From: Perkinsus olseni
Lineage: Eukaryota
DNA length: 52,428 nucleotides
Direction of reading: 5' to 3'
NCBI GenBank assembly: GCA_013115125.1
Contig: JABANN010000215.1
Coordinates: 1-52,428, forward strand
Position 1 is the stretch's first letter. Every line of letters begins with the position of its first letter. The notes beneath the pieces are model-generated. The model did no database searches, was not told where the DNA came from, and saw nothing but the letters and a program-made list of their open reading frames with translations. This document shows, piece after piece, positions 24,301-35,561 of the stretch. Both the position numbers and the translations under genes were made by a program.

Positions 24301-26780
24301 CAATCGATCCATCGCTCGCTTTCTCGCCATATTTTTCCGCACTAAGCGCGATTTTTCTAAGGAAAAAATAGCCGGGAAAAAAGTCCATTATTTTTCCCAC
24401 CGCCCTCCTCTCACAGGCAGTTTTCAGAAGTGATTCTAACCAAGGCAGGATCATCCTCACGACTCGTCAACAGAAGGGGCGTCTGCAGCACGCCTTGAGG
24501 CCCGTCCCTACCTCGTCGCCAGGAGCTCGAGTTCATCATAGTCGATGAGCCCGGTCTTCTCGTCCAGCCTATAAGGCATCGATGTCCAGAATTTCGATAC
24601 CATTGAGACCTTCTTCGTATCTGACTCATCCCAACACACGCCATGCATTCTCGACGAGCAACACGAGAAAATTTCAGTCGTTTTTCTTCGCACGACTCGA
24701 CGTTCGCTTTCATCTCGAAACCCATGAGCGCATTGGAGTTTCACCAGTAATACGTGAAGTGGCGTTTTACGCCAAGTGAAAAACGCGAGAAACGCGAAAT
24801 TGCTTCGCGTTTAACACCGCGAGTGAAAAACACCTCAGGTTTTCACGCGTTTTTCACTTTTTTCGAGTGGGAATTTCGCGATGTGAAATGTGAAATGTAT
24901 TTCTCACTAGTGTTTTTCACCTCGCGGGTGAAACTCCATTGTACCAACAATAATACTAACGTATCGGTTTCACGCACGAAACGACCGATTGTAAGGATCT
25001 AGTCGCGCGAAGAAATTTCACTCAGTTTTACCCGCTTTTTTCCACCTGAAATTTCATTCCAACAGGACTAAGTGTGTGCGAGAGTTTGAGCTTCCCGATG
25101 ATACCGCTCAGCTAGACTAGCACCGATGGCAGCTCAGCCCGGTCGATCCTACCCGTTTGGTATCCGTGAGAGAGGTGACCGCCGTGAGGAAGGTCTAGGG
25201 CCATCAATCGATCATGAGGCTCCATCAAAGCCGTGTAACTACAATCCACGAGTAAGGACCTAGACTACCCGCGGTCCAACTTACACTTGAAAGTTGGCGG
25301 GGGAACCGGAAAGGGGCTGCACGTTGACACCCCATTTTTCCGGACTGAGTCTGTAGGCGTCCAACGCTCTGAAATGAGATCACTCTCAGTGAAAGTTCTC
25401 AAATAAATCCTCGGTTAGCTCGCACCACAGACCCTCCACCGCTTCGACTGACGGGTAAAAATTTTACCGTAAAATAGTGTTGAACGTCCATGACCGCCGG
25501 ATCCCAAAAAATGCATCACTCTGAGCTGATTCATGTTACTGAATGGTCAAAATGGAACGGTAAAACTGAATAGTAAAAAATTCATTGATGAAAATAACGT
25601 CTCCAGTTACTGCAAGATTGAGGACGCTACCACCGCCCGACCCCCTCGAACGCTACGGAAGTCGGGCAGCTAGCCCGAACGTCGAAAAGGCCCTCCCTTA
25701 TAAGTTACCTCTGACGACAAAGATTCTCCATCTGATCAATAAACTCATTACCACCATAATATCGAGCATTCGGGTAGCCCTCGGAGTACCTGATTGGCAT
25801 CCCTTGGGGATCAGATAAACGCTCATTATGGAACTTTTTCCAGCGTTCTAAGATCAATTCTGGGTTTCAAAAACAGTTCATCGAACGCTCCAAAATTACA
25901 GCGAAAATTGTGAAACTACGCGGGAATACCCAGAAGCGATCTCAGGCTTTGAGTATGCTTGATGGCTCAGTGGTCCACCGATCCTATATGGTTGCCGAGC
26001 TGGTCGGTAAAAATGACGAGAATATCAGGAAAAACCGATGGTCTTGGGACCCAGAAGTTACTTGTTGGTCATGATGGAGCCAATAGCATCCAAGACGGCC
26101 TGACTGGTGAAGTTCTCCGAAGCGATGAGGACCAGATTCTTCTTCTGTCTACCCCTCTCCTTCTCAATAATACCATCGACCTGACGGGAGCGCGAAAATG
26201 AAAATTTCGTGACTAACATTTGCTGATCCCAGAATGTCCTTCAATGATACTTCCAGTAGCCTTCAGTCAACTCATCAACCTCTACTCGATCATTCATTAA
26301 GATGAGTGTCCACAACTCGACTGTCATCAGCACTCAGTTCCTCGAAAAATTTCGGACCTCTCCCGAAGTCATTCCCTTCTACACGACTAAGCGACCCCTG
26401 GCCTCACAGACAGACTACTCTCCACAATGTCCTGCGCAACGCTGAGGCGGTGGAGTGTTGGTATGGAGGCGTCCACGATTCCGCGCCGAACACATTCTAG
26501 ATCGAGCATGACTCATGCTTAGAATTTGTGGAGAGATTTAGTCAAGAAATCTCCCAACGCTGCGATATTGGCAATTCCTTGAATCCGATGAAGAACAAGA
26601 AGACAACCGGAACATACTCAGAATCTTTCACCGCGCCACGAAATTGCTCACCTCCGGATCCACATCAGGCAAATGGGCGTTGAGCCTCTGTGCCTGCACG
26701 GAAATACTCCTGCTGCTGATGCTGATGGCTGAGCTCAGCAACCGACGGTAACCAGGGAGGGCCCCGGCGCGAGTCAACAT
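21336..26780 (-). CDS. SHMT: Serine hydroxymethyltransferase, probably mitochondrial, 17 exons, 491 aa: 26780-26652, 26180-26062, 25789-25709, 25368-25285, 25238-25153, 24620-24512, 24175-24087, 23997-23945, 23865-23802, 23748-23630, 23369-23283, 23237-23171, 23101-23034, 22825-22717, 22354-22287, 21970-21878, 21386-21336
   Basis: All 16 introns are GT-AG and phase-consistent (1476 nt CDS). Canonical motifs [56 protein letters not shown]-lysine motif [55 protein letters not shown]. The Arg/Ser-rich, acid-free N-terminus resembles a mitochondrial presequence. Confidence 0.97.
24731..24941. mobile_element. MITE-like element (211 bp) in SHMT intron 5
   Basis: Terminal inverted repeats cattggagtttcacc / ggtgaaactccattg (14 of 15 match) and internal GTGAAA/TTTCAC motifs in both orientations. 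TSD not clear. Confidence 0.65.
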
Positions 26781-28014
26781 ATGAAAAAAGTACTCTGGAC
26801 TGCTGTGCAAATGGACACGAACCCTCGGTTCACAGTATGGAAGGAGACGCCCAATGCTTTAGGTATCGATTCTTTCGACTCATTTCAGTTTAGTACTCAT
26901 GTACAGCCCAGCAGGCGGAGCGATGCGAGAACCGATGTTGCCTCCCACCGCTAGCGAACACTTTACGTGCGGACTCTTCAACAGGACGTCTATCTTCATG
27001 GTTCACCGGAGAGCTCATATCGTTTCAGAATTGGAATAAGTCAACATACTTATTCGATGCTCTCCTCTGATGTGAAAACGGGATACTTCCGCCCCACCTA
27101 CGTCGCCGAAATCCAACCGAATCCGCCATCAACTAACTCGAATAATTGAACAAAATCGCACCCTATCCTTCGCCGTTCTAAACATTCTGAATCTATCAAA
27201 AACACCCTGAACATTTTGTTCAACATTCTCTCGCCCCGGCCAGTGCGCCCATCGTGCCTCGCAAATATCGTCAGCCAATCAATCCTTGAATGTCCCTGAA
27301 TGGTCCGCGAAGTACCCCGTCGCCTCGTATCACTTGTCTCCTTTTCCTTGACAGAAGTGTCAAGGAACGTTTTTGCGTTGACTTGTTCGGATGAATGGCT
27401 TCATAATAAATCACGAGAGCCTCCAGTCTCCAACCAGAGCACTTGTGTAACATTTATCGACCGTCCGGCATTGTATGAGAAAAACTATTCTTCTGAAAAA
27501 TCTTTTTTTTGTTGAAAAAGGATTTTTCAAAAATCCTTCCCCACAAAATCCAAGACTCGCGGTAACGTTTGTTCACCAATATGCAAGCATTATACTGTAC
27601 TGTTCTTCGCTCATTCCCATCAACACCCAGAGAAAGTGGCTCTGATGAGAAAAATAGTGAGAATACTCGAACCGCTTCCGTCGACTATGTACTCTGATAA
27701 CCAAAATACTCCCGAGACACAGCCGAAAGTGCCGACTCGGGAGGCGTCAGTACGAGAGATCGCCTGAGCGGGAAGCTCACGTGCTTCTCCCGGATTGAAG
27801 ATGCTGCCACCAAAGTTTTCAGAAAACTATCTTTATGAGAAAATAGAAATGAGAGCGTTGTCGCGCTGTAGTTTAATCCATTCGGATCTGTCGTACTCCG
27901 AGAAAACGGCCACCGAAACGGTTATCGCTGATAAGAAAACTGATATTATGATGAAAAATCCAAGCTGCCTTGAGTATCAGAATGTAGATGAGGGCCGCGG
28001 CGGGAAGAAGGCTT

Positions 28015-28764
28015 TCACGCTGGGTAAAACAGAGTGCCTTTGGCGATGTTCACAGCATAATGATACGTATTGCGTACCCCGGAAGGCTTCGTATAGGTAC
28101 CTCTCGCGTCGTATCCAATGTGATAATTCCAACCTCCATCAACCCTCTTAATGGCCATTTTCAAGTCAACCTTGAGAGGCACATTACTGCTGCCAGTTTG
28201 CTCTGTATGGCCAAAAAGATTAACCCCATCACTGGTGGCGACGCCGGAGAGTTTGTGGTGATGAGTAATGGCTTGCTGATCTCTCGGAAACTGAGCGCCC
28301 GAAGTTGAGGGCAAGGAGACATGAAGATACCCTTCGTCGCTCGGAGTGAAGCGCATCTCTTGTGGGCCAGGATACCACCATATATGATGATCCTCAGACT
28401 GGTAATCAAGGAAAGCGAAGCCGCTAGTCTCCACGCTGACGTTCGGCGTCCCGAAATAGTGAGGGGAGTGGCCAACAACATCTACCTGTATCTTCAACTT
28501 GCCTACGACCCCAGCGACGTTGGTCTTGATGACAATACCAGCTCTCTCTTCATCATCCCCGTCCTTGTTGGGACCTCTCATCAAGTACAAGCAGGATCCC
28601 GGTGATAGGACATGAATGGTGGTCCTCGACGAACGGGGACCAGCATGGCAACCCTCGGGGTAATCAGCAACCACAGGCACCTGCGCCCTCACCAGTTGAG
28701 GGATACAGAGAACGCAGAACAGGCTGCGGTAGAGCCAGTTGAGGCGAAACTTTGAAGAAGCCAT
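28015..28764 (-). CDS. Intronless secreted protein, ADYPxGC family member C (249 aa from ATG 28764)
   Basis: MASSKFRLNWLYRSLFCVLCIPQLVRA, then ADYPEGCHAGPR, PGSCLY, C-terminus GWNYHIGYDARG...AKGTLFYPA. The start at 28764 is supported by alignment with paralogs and with the fragment starting at 31019. Confidence 0.85.
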   Translation of the reverse strand: MASSKFRLNWLYRSLFCVLCIPQLVRAQVPVVADYPEGCHAGPRSSRTTIHVLSPGSCLYLMRGPNKDGDDEERAGIVIKTNVAGVVGKLKIQVDVVGHSPHYFGTPNVSVETSGFAFLDYQSEDHHIWWYPGPQEMRFTPSDEGYLHVSLPSTSGAQFPRDQQAITHHHKLSGVATSDGVNLFGHTEQTGSSNVPLKVDLKMAIKRVDGGWNYHIGYDARGTYTKPSGVRNTYHYAVNIAKGTLFYPA

Positions 28765-29969
28765 CGCAAGGTCACCTTGCCAAGGTGTAACAATTGGATA
28801 CGTCGTGGACTGTAGCGAACGGTATGATGGGGAACTAGCGGGACGGCTCATGTCCCAGCGTCCCCTTAACGCACTCACGCCCGAGCTCTCCAGCGGCAGG
28901 AGTGCAGTTTAGCTCCTTTACACTACGTTAACACGGACCTCTGCATGCCTCGGTCGATATGGCCTCAACCTCGGGAGCGAGAGAGGGGATTTTTGCAGTC
29001 GGCTCTTTCATTCTTCAAACCAGCGACTCTCGTGAGTGGAGACGACCGCGCGCAATTGTACGCAAGTCGAAGAGCTGATGGAATTGGTTTACTCAGCGCC
29101 GGGTTTACTGAGCTAGTATTGCACATCTTGGACGGCCGTGAAATCTCATGAGTTGAACCCACGACTGAGACGCCATCCGTACTCGTGAGCATGTGAGAAC
29201 TCGTCGCCCCCCTGGTGTCTCCAGAACTAGCAGGTTAGCGGCCGCTGAGCTAGCAGTGCTAAGCTAGGCTAGCGCTAAAAATATGTGCAATTCGAATGGT
29301 CTTCGATGGAAGTTGAGTGGAAGAAATTCCTGCCGACCGGAACTTGGAGTTCTCAGGGCGCTCTAATAGGTCTACCGTGTTTTGCGTCAAAAAATTAGTA
29401 GAGGAAGGGAAGAGCTATCATCGCCGCAGCCGGCGCCACATGCACCCCACCATGCACGCGACCACAGCTAGGTAGACTGTGTCTACCTGAACTAGGTAGT
29501 ACCAAGTGACGTCTCACAGATGGCCGCGGGTGCAGCTGACGAGGCAAGTACTGCGACAGGTTTTCACCTTTAGAATTGCCGAGTCGGACGTTGTCCCAAG
29601 CACGAAAATAACGCCGAAGAAGCCATTCTGCTCACGGCAAAGTATCTTGTAGGTTGTACTCGCCGAATTAATGTCCTAATTTCGACCTTACTGCGAAACC
29701 GGTGTCTTCACTCACTAATGTGATATCCTCGACTGTTGGCATGATGGCTCCACCCTCACGGTAGGCTTCTGAATGGCATGGTTTGGGGCCGAGTGAACAA
29801 GGACAAGGTCGACGCCACGAGGGCATGCCATGCTCTGACTGCCTCATTCCATAAATATGTATACCACATCTCTCCCGCATCGTCCAAACTACGTGCCTCC
29901 TACGGTAGTATGCCTTAACCACAAAAGCACTGATTGATCTAACCATCAGCCTCTAACGGAATCCACATC

Positions 29970-30700
29970 ACTTTCCGCGTCGTTTTAATGCCTCTCGCTA
30001 CCGGAGCGAGAGGCACCCTCGCCGGAACGACGGCCCTCGCAGCCGCCGAGCCGCGAAATCTGATTCTCAATTTTCGGTTGAAGATAAAAATAAGAGTTCT
30101 CTTTGAAAATTCCAAAGAAAACTGTTTTCATTACTTTAAAGAGATCAACAATAATACTTTTTTGAAAAGAAATTTCTCGATCACATACCATAACAAGCGC
30201 AATAAAACGAGCTGAGTGGGAGGAAACCCAATAATGATTTTCAGTTGTTTCTTGAGAAGATACGATTCGAAAAGACTTGTCAGCGCGCCACGAAATTGCT
30301 CACCTTATCCGCGTTCCTCCACCGAAAGAACCTTCAACTACGCGTTAAAAACTGAAAAAAAGCACGGGCTCGCAGTCCTGCGAGTCGCCGGACAAAGATT
30401 CACTGAGTACCTCTGCGCGTGGTGAATACACCAGAGCCGCTTGAAGACGCATAGCTGCCTCACGGGGAGCGAGCGAAGCTGCCATCAGGGTGAGAAGCAA
30501 TGACGTTGAGATTCTCAACTTGAGAAGTCCGCAACCTGTGATGTCTGGCGGGCCGAAGCCCACAATCGTGGTCTTGGCCGGACGGCCGGCGAGACCATGA
30601 AAAAAATGTGATTGACAAGAAATCTAAAAATAACGGAAAAATACATATTTCATGAATTAGTGTCATATGAGAAAATGAATATTGGCAGAAAAGTAATATG
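29970..30700 (-). pseudogene. Decayed spliced repeat, copy 1, with SAP-like exon remnants
   Basis: Co-linear homology with 32560-33300. Retains tttttcag acceptor and gtgagc/gtatgt donors, but exons contain stops (FNA*LKVLSVEERG* | KQLKIIIGFPPTQLVLLRLLW). Boundaries approximate. Confidence 0.55.
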
Positions 30701-30951
30701 TGTCGAACAACGAAAAAACATACGGAAACAATAGTGGGAATTTTATGGTGGCACAAACATCCTGTTGATATCTATTTTGCTGTTGACGACAGCAGCTGGG
30801 ACGAAGTCCGCGAGGATGGAGGAAGACGCAGAAGACTCTCCTGCGTCTTCCTCCATCCTCGCCGACTTCTGAAGTCGTTCGAAGACTTTGATAATTAAAT
30901 TTTTATCATTCCTCGTGTATAACAAGAGTTTCAATCGATATCTGTTTAAAC

Positions 30952-31019
30952 CTTTGCGGGATACAGATGCAGAACAGGCTGCGGTGAAGCCAGCTGAGAA
31001 GGAACTTCCTCGGACCCAT
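30952..31019 (-). pseudogene. 5' fragment of an ADYPxGC family gene (C-like), truncated after the signal peptide
   Basis: Encodes MGPRKFLLSWLHRSLFCICIPQ, compared with MASSKFRLNWLYRSLFCVLCIPQ in member C. Upstream 31055-31095 matches the upstream region of C (28803-28842). Homology stops abruptly near 30951. Confidence 0.8.
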
Positions 31020-31628
31020 CAATGTGCGAGAACGGGATAAGCTATGCGATTCAATCGTGTACCGTGGCTAACGGGATGAAGGGGCACTAGCCGGCAGATG
31101 ACGGGGAACCTCGCGCGCATGTGGCTACTCCTGAGCGGCAACGCCAAAGGAAATCACCCGTGCCGGTCGGGCTCGATTGAGGCGATGCTCACGTCCGGTC
31201 GTCACTAACAGGAACGCAACAAGAAGGAGGTTCAAGCTATGATGCTAGTGATGTTGATAAATAAAAATCATCGCCATGCTCACCAGTGGTGAGCATGGCG
31301 ATGATTTTGGTGAGTCACCACGCATTCATTCCTTTGCTTAGAAGAATCCCTGTAAACCTCAGGGAACAACAGTAGCGAAAAAAACTACTATCAAGTGACT
31401 TTCCAGGTGAGGGTATGAGTCCCTCAGACACGATGCCCTCGGGCCCTCGGGACATGGCTCGGGGTGCTTTCGGCTACTTCCACTCCGCCATTTAAAATTT
31501 CAACACTACCTTGACCAAGTCGTCAAAGTCTCCAGCTTCCCATCCCAGAGTATCTTCATCAAGCGAGACCTCAGACCCGCTCGGTGCGCCCGAATCAGCT
31601 GCCGCAGGTAATTTTCCATCCTCGCCTC

Positions 31629-32474
31629 TCATGGCTTGCTCAAGACCAGACAAGCTAAGGGACCTCTCGAGCTCATCAGAAACACCGCTGTGACTCTCTT
31701 CGAGTTGCGCGAGTCCATCGATCGAAGTAGGCTTTGGTTCGGTTCGGAAGCATTCGTCGTAGTACCCGAGGCGATACCCCTCTTCGAGTGGTCATGCTCA
31801 GCGGTGGTAGGTGCGGTCGCCCGCCTTTTCGCAGCAGGGCCTTCCACCGTGCGAGTTGTCCTCCTCCGCTTGCCAGTTGAAGGAAGGCCTCCGGGGTTTT
31901 CATTCTTATTTTTGGTGATGGATGTCGCTCGCGTACCTCGTCCCCGAGCCGTGGGCCAACTGAGCGAAGAATCGTCAATCAACCCATCGTTCCTGTACAC
32001 GCCTGGGGAGAGTAGCTTGAGCGGCTTCTCGAAGACGTAATGTGGGTCGCTAGATATCTTTTTCATCTGCAAAGTACGAGGTCCAACCTTTATGGAGACT
32101 TTGCCGCCACGGATACATGGGAGTACATCAGCGATGCTGAAGTCCACCCGCTGGCCGTATTTTACTGTCATAGATTTTGCCTTCCTGAAAACGTAAGTGG
32201 CCTCTCTGGTCTTCCCCAGGAGGAGGTAACACCCCTCGTTGATAGATGATGCCCGCATATCCATAAGGGGCGTTTCAAAAGATGACAGCTCGGGGGTCCC
32301 ACCAAGGAATACCACAGCACATTCCCGCCTCCCTTCGAAAACCCTCAGTGCCACACCCGCGAACGTCAAGACTGACTGAACCGCCTGATACACGCCAGGA
32401 GGGATGGTCTCAGAGGACGCTGCTTGGCAACAGTGGACTGTGAGGATGAGGAGCTTCAGAATATCCATAGGCAT
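31629..32474 (-). CDS. Secreted-type protein with repeated PGVY motif and basic NLS-like region; may extend via a short intron to an acidic exon ending near 31510
   Basis: Signal-like MDILKLLILTVHCCQA, IPPGVY and LSPGVY, KRRRTT...PAAKRRA. An alternative frame at about 31697-31510 reads SGVSDELERSLSLSGLEQ...DEDTLGWEAGDFDDLVK then GT. Confidence 0.7.
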   Translation of the reverse strand: MPMDILKLLILTVHCCQAASSETIPPGVYQAVQSVLTFAGVALRVFEGRRECAVVFLGGTPELSSFETPLMDMRASSINEGCYLLLGKTREATYVFRKAKSMTVKYGQRVDFSIADVLPCIRGGKVSIKVGPRTLQMKKISSDPHYVFEKPLKLLSPGVYRNDGLIDDSSLSWPTARGRGTRATSITKNKNENPGGLPSTGKRRRTTRTVEGPAAKRRATAPTTAEHDHSKRGIASGTTTNASEPNQSLLRSMDSRNSKRVTAVFLMSSRGPLACLVLSKP

Positions 32475-32559
32475 TGGGTAGTGTCACCAGAATGGGCGGC
32501 GGGGGAAATTCTGATGTGAGCAGTGAAGGAGACGCCATCAAAGCCGTCTCGGGCGCAGC

Positions 32560-33300
32560 GCGATTTCTTCGCGCCGTTCTTATGTCTCTCGCCACCAAAA
32601 CGACAGGCGCCCTTGCTGTAGCGGCGGGCGCCGTAGCGGCGTTTTGAGGTAAAAATAGCGCGTACTCCAAGAACTCTTTTCATGGCATTCCATCAAAGAG
32701 ATTGCCGATAACATGTTTGGGAGAAGAAATTTCTCGACCACATACCACAACAACCGCAATCAAACGGGCTTGGCAGGGGATAACCCCGTTCGTTTTCTCA
32801 GTCGTTCCTCAAAAAGAGTGATCGCAAAGACTCGTCACTGCGCCACGAAATTGCTCACCCTCGCGTTCATCCACCAAATAAGCCCTCGGCTTCACGTTGA
32901 TTCCTGAAAAAGCACACGGCGGACGAGAGGGCTCGCAGGATGAGGATTCTCCAAGTACCTCAACGGGGCAGCGCGAGCACTCCACTAGAGTATTCAGAAA
33001 AGCAGCCCGGACCAACGTCCGCGTGGACGCCCACCGCTGGGTAACGGGAGGCGAGAGGGGCTGCTATTAGAGGGAGAAGTCATGACGTTGAGGAGCCCGC
33101 AGACGCTGACGCATGGAAAAGAAGGTCGAAATTGTGGTAGTAGCGTGACGACCGGCGGAGAAAAGTGGTGAGTAAAATACTTAGAGCATGAAAACTAAAA
33201 GTAACGGATTATGCAAAGACATACTCCGTGAAGTTGTGTCATACGACTCGACTCGACATTTTCTCGTATGCTACGAGATAATGGACTAGTGGAACTGCAT
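32560..33300 (-). pseudogene. Decayed spliced repeat, copy 2, with SAP-like exon remnants
   Basis: Homolog of 29970-30700 (shared agaaatttctcga-cacatacca and gcgccacgaaattgctcacc). Exons read GINVKPRAYLVDERE | ERLRKRTG...LRLLW with a frameshift and a stop. Boundaries approximate. Confidence 0.55.
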
Positions 33301-34719
33301 CATCGATCTCGCCAACCAGATATGGTAAGCGACGCAGGCAAGCCAGCTCCTCAGACAGAGAACCGTGACCATCCCAGAGCATGGACAGCCACACGCCGAG
33401 ATTTCTTGCCCATAAATAAATCGCACAACGGTCAAATAGGAAATAGGAGTTTTATGGTATCATAAATGTACTTCTGCCGTAGGAAATACATAAAGAAATA
33501 TCCGCTACTATGAACAGGATAACACTAAAAGATAGATTTTCCGAGATCCACACCATTCTGAATCGAACGTCGTCGTCCTCGGTTGCTCGACAGTAGTAGG
33601 CGTTGGGGCAGCTAAGCGTCTGTGTATTGACGAGGTGTCCCCCTTCCTGTACCAACGCCAACTCTCCATGGCTCTACCTGAACCCCTGCATGTAGACGAG
33701 TTCCCTTCTACTCGTCGTCATGACTCAACTCACACGACAGCACAGAAACATCTCTCATGTCGAGCAGCGCTACCCCTTCAAGAGCCACCGCCGGGAGAAT
33801 ACCAGTTGGGCCACCAGGCGTGACGTCGCTTACGGCCAGTCCAAGTAGTCCTGAGCTTAACCGCACCTGAAGGAATGACACTTGTGCTCTCTCTCACGAT
33901 GGTTCTGAGGCCTCCCGCCACTGGCCAAATGGAAGTAGGTCACGACTTTCTCTCAAGAAACTCGCCAATGCAACTCACGTCGTTGATTCATATTATCCTC
34001 AGGTTTGAAGCCCCTGTTCGTCATAACGAGTTTCGGCGAGTTCACATGCGCCCACAACTTCACATCCCCTCCGACGCCCGGGAAAGGCACGGACTGCCAA
34101 GTGCCATGTTTTCCCACCCACTCACGCTCGGCTCTCGCACCTCGCAAACCAATAAAATGTCTGCGCCTAGAATCGAACCTGGGTCATCGGGTTACTGGCT
34201 TTATGTATCTCTAGCAGCTTCAGAACAGGCTCCACGGTAGTGAGATCGAACGGTTTCTTTCCCTCTTTATTCCTCGACAATTCATTCGCCCCCCAGGATA
34301 ATAATAACCTCGTCTGAAAGACACACCGCGAGTAACGCTCGGAACGACTATCATTGGATGCACCATGACAAGAGATTGCCGCTATGGTGAGCGACTTCTG
34401 AAACGGAATTTTCAGCGTCACGGTCATTTTTGGCGTCACGAAACGGCTCGTATCGGCTCAGACTCGCCCCAATGTGCTGCTCGTAACTAGGCGTCACACA
34501 GGAAACGATATACGGCTATGCAGTTGGGATGAGCCTCTGGGCCCATTCCCCGGAATTCGCAAGCGCTGTTGAATAGACTGCTCCCTCTCCCGAGTTTTAG
34601 GAGCGCTCTCGGAGTTTTTGTCGGCTTTAGAGCGCTGTCGGATGCCCGGTCATGGCTAGAATGGCGCCGTTTCATCGACAAGAAAGCTAGAATCATCAGA
34701 ACTCATCGATGCCCCCCAC

Positions 34720-34797
34720 CCTCATTACCATGCTGAAATCATTCTTCTTCACTGCCAAATGAAGCGCGGTGTTACCATCCTCATCTTGCTTGTTAAC
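34720..34797 (-). pseudogene. Isolated ankyrin-repeat exon (26 codons)
   Basis: ttgcag|VNKQDEDGNTALHLAVKKNDFSMVMR|gtgggg matches the ankyrin consensus VN..D..G.T.LH.A. No other ankyrin exons recognised nearby. Confidence 0.65.
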
Positions 34798-34855
34798 CTG
34801 CAACACCGCAACCACCCTAGGAGTTGGGCAACTTCTGCCAGGCTGCCCCACAAAG

Positions 34856-34956
34856 ACGTTGGCAGACCGGTGGCTTTTTAGGCGGTCGGTGAAGGAGGGG
34901 CCGTGCCGGACCTTAATTTCACGCAATATATTGCTAACGGTACGCTGTACGGCTAA
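34856..34956 (+). pseudogene. 3' fragment of an ADYPxGC family gene (B-like)
   Basis: Reads VAF*AVGEGGAVPDLNFTQYIANGTLYG*, compared with VAFQAVSQGGAVPKFNFTQYVVNGTLYG* in member B. CAG to TAG nonsense change at 34879-34881; upstream part missing. Confidence 0.85.
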
Positions 34957-35561
34957 GCGGACAAAGCCCGCTAAGCGGGGCATGAGCTTCGGTCTACCAG
35001 CATCCTTGGCCGTCTTGGCTGCGTTCTCGGGGGACCAACCCACTGCTGTCGCAGCACTGCTGTGTGGTGTCCCTTCCGGCATGGGTTCTTCTTCTCACGA
35101 TCTCGCAGCCTACCTCTTCTCGTTGGCACGCACGCACATAGTGAACACGATTTAGCGCTAGCCGACGCGGGGGTATCCCTTGCTCCTGCAGGGGCAGGCT
35201 AGGGTTGGAGCGTTCGATTTCGATAGTATCGAAAACAAATCGATGCTGGGGGTTCGGAAGGCGGAGAGATGTTACTTAAGATAGACGAATTCCATATCAG
35301 AACTGCTTTCTAGGGCCGAGTCTCTACGCTGCTTCGCGTGGACATGCCGGGGCAGTGCTGAGCCCGTGTGACGGGCCCCGTGACGTGACACGGCCAGAAG
35401 CCCATTAAGAGCCCCTCGCCCTTAGGCGGTCTAGGTAGACGGTTGAGTCACCTATTCTTCCTGGGGCATGTTCGTTCCATTCTTCCGGGTTCCGATTTAC
35501 TTGCGCACCAATAGCCTGAGGTTAATAGTCCCATACCATTCAGCTTTTCCTCAATTATTCC

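Noticed and set aside
28765-28878. N-terminal extension of member C given by the ORF track
   Set aside because: It starts at a non-ATG codon, and paralog alignment places the start at ATG 28764.
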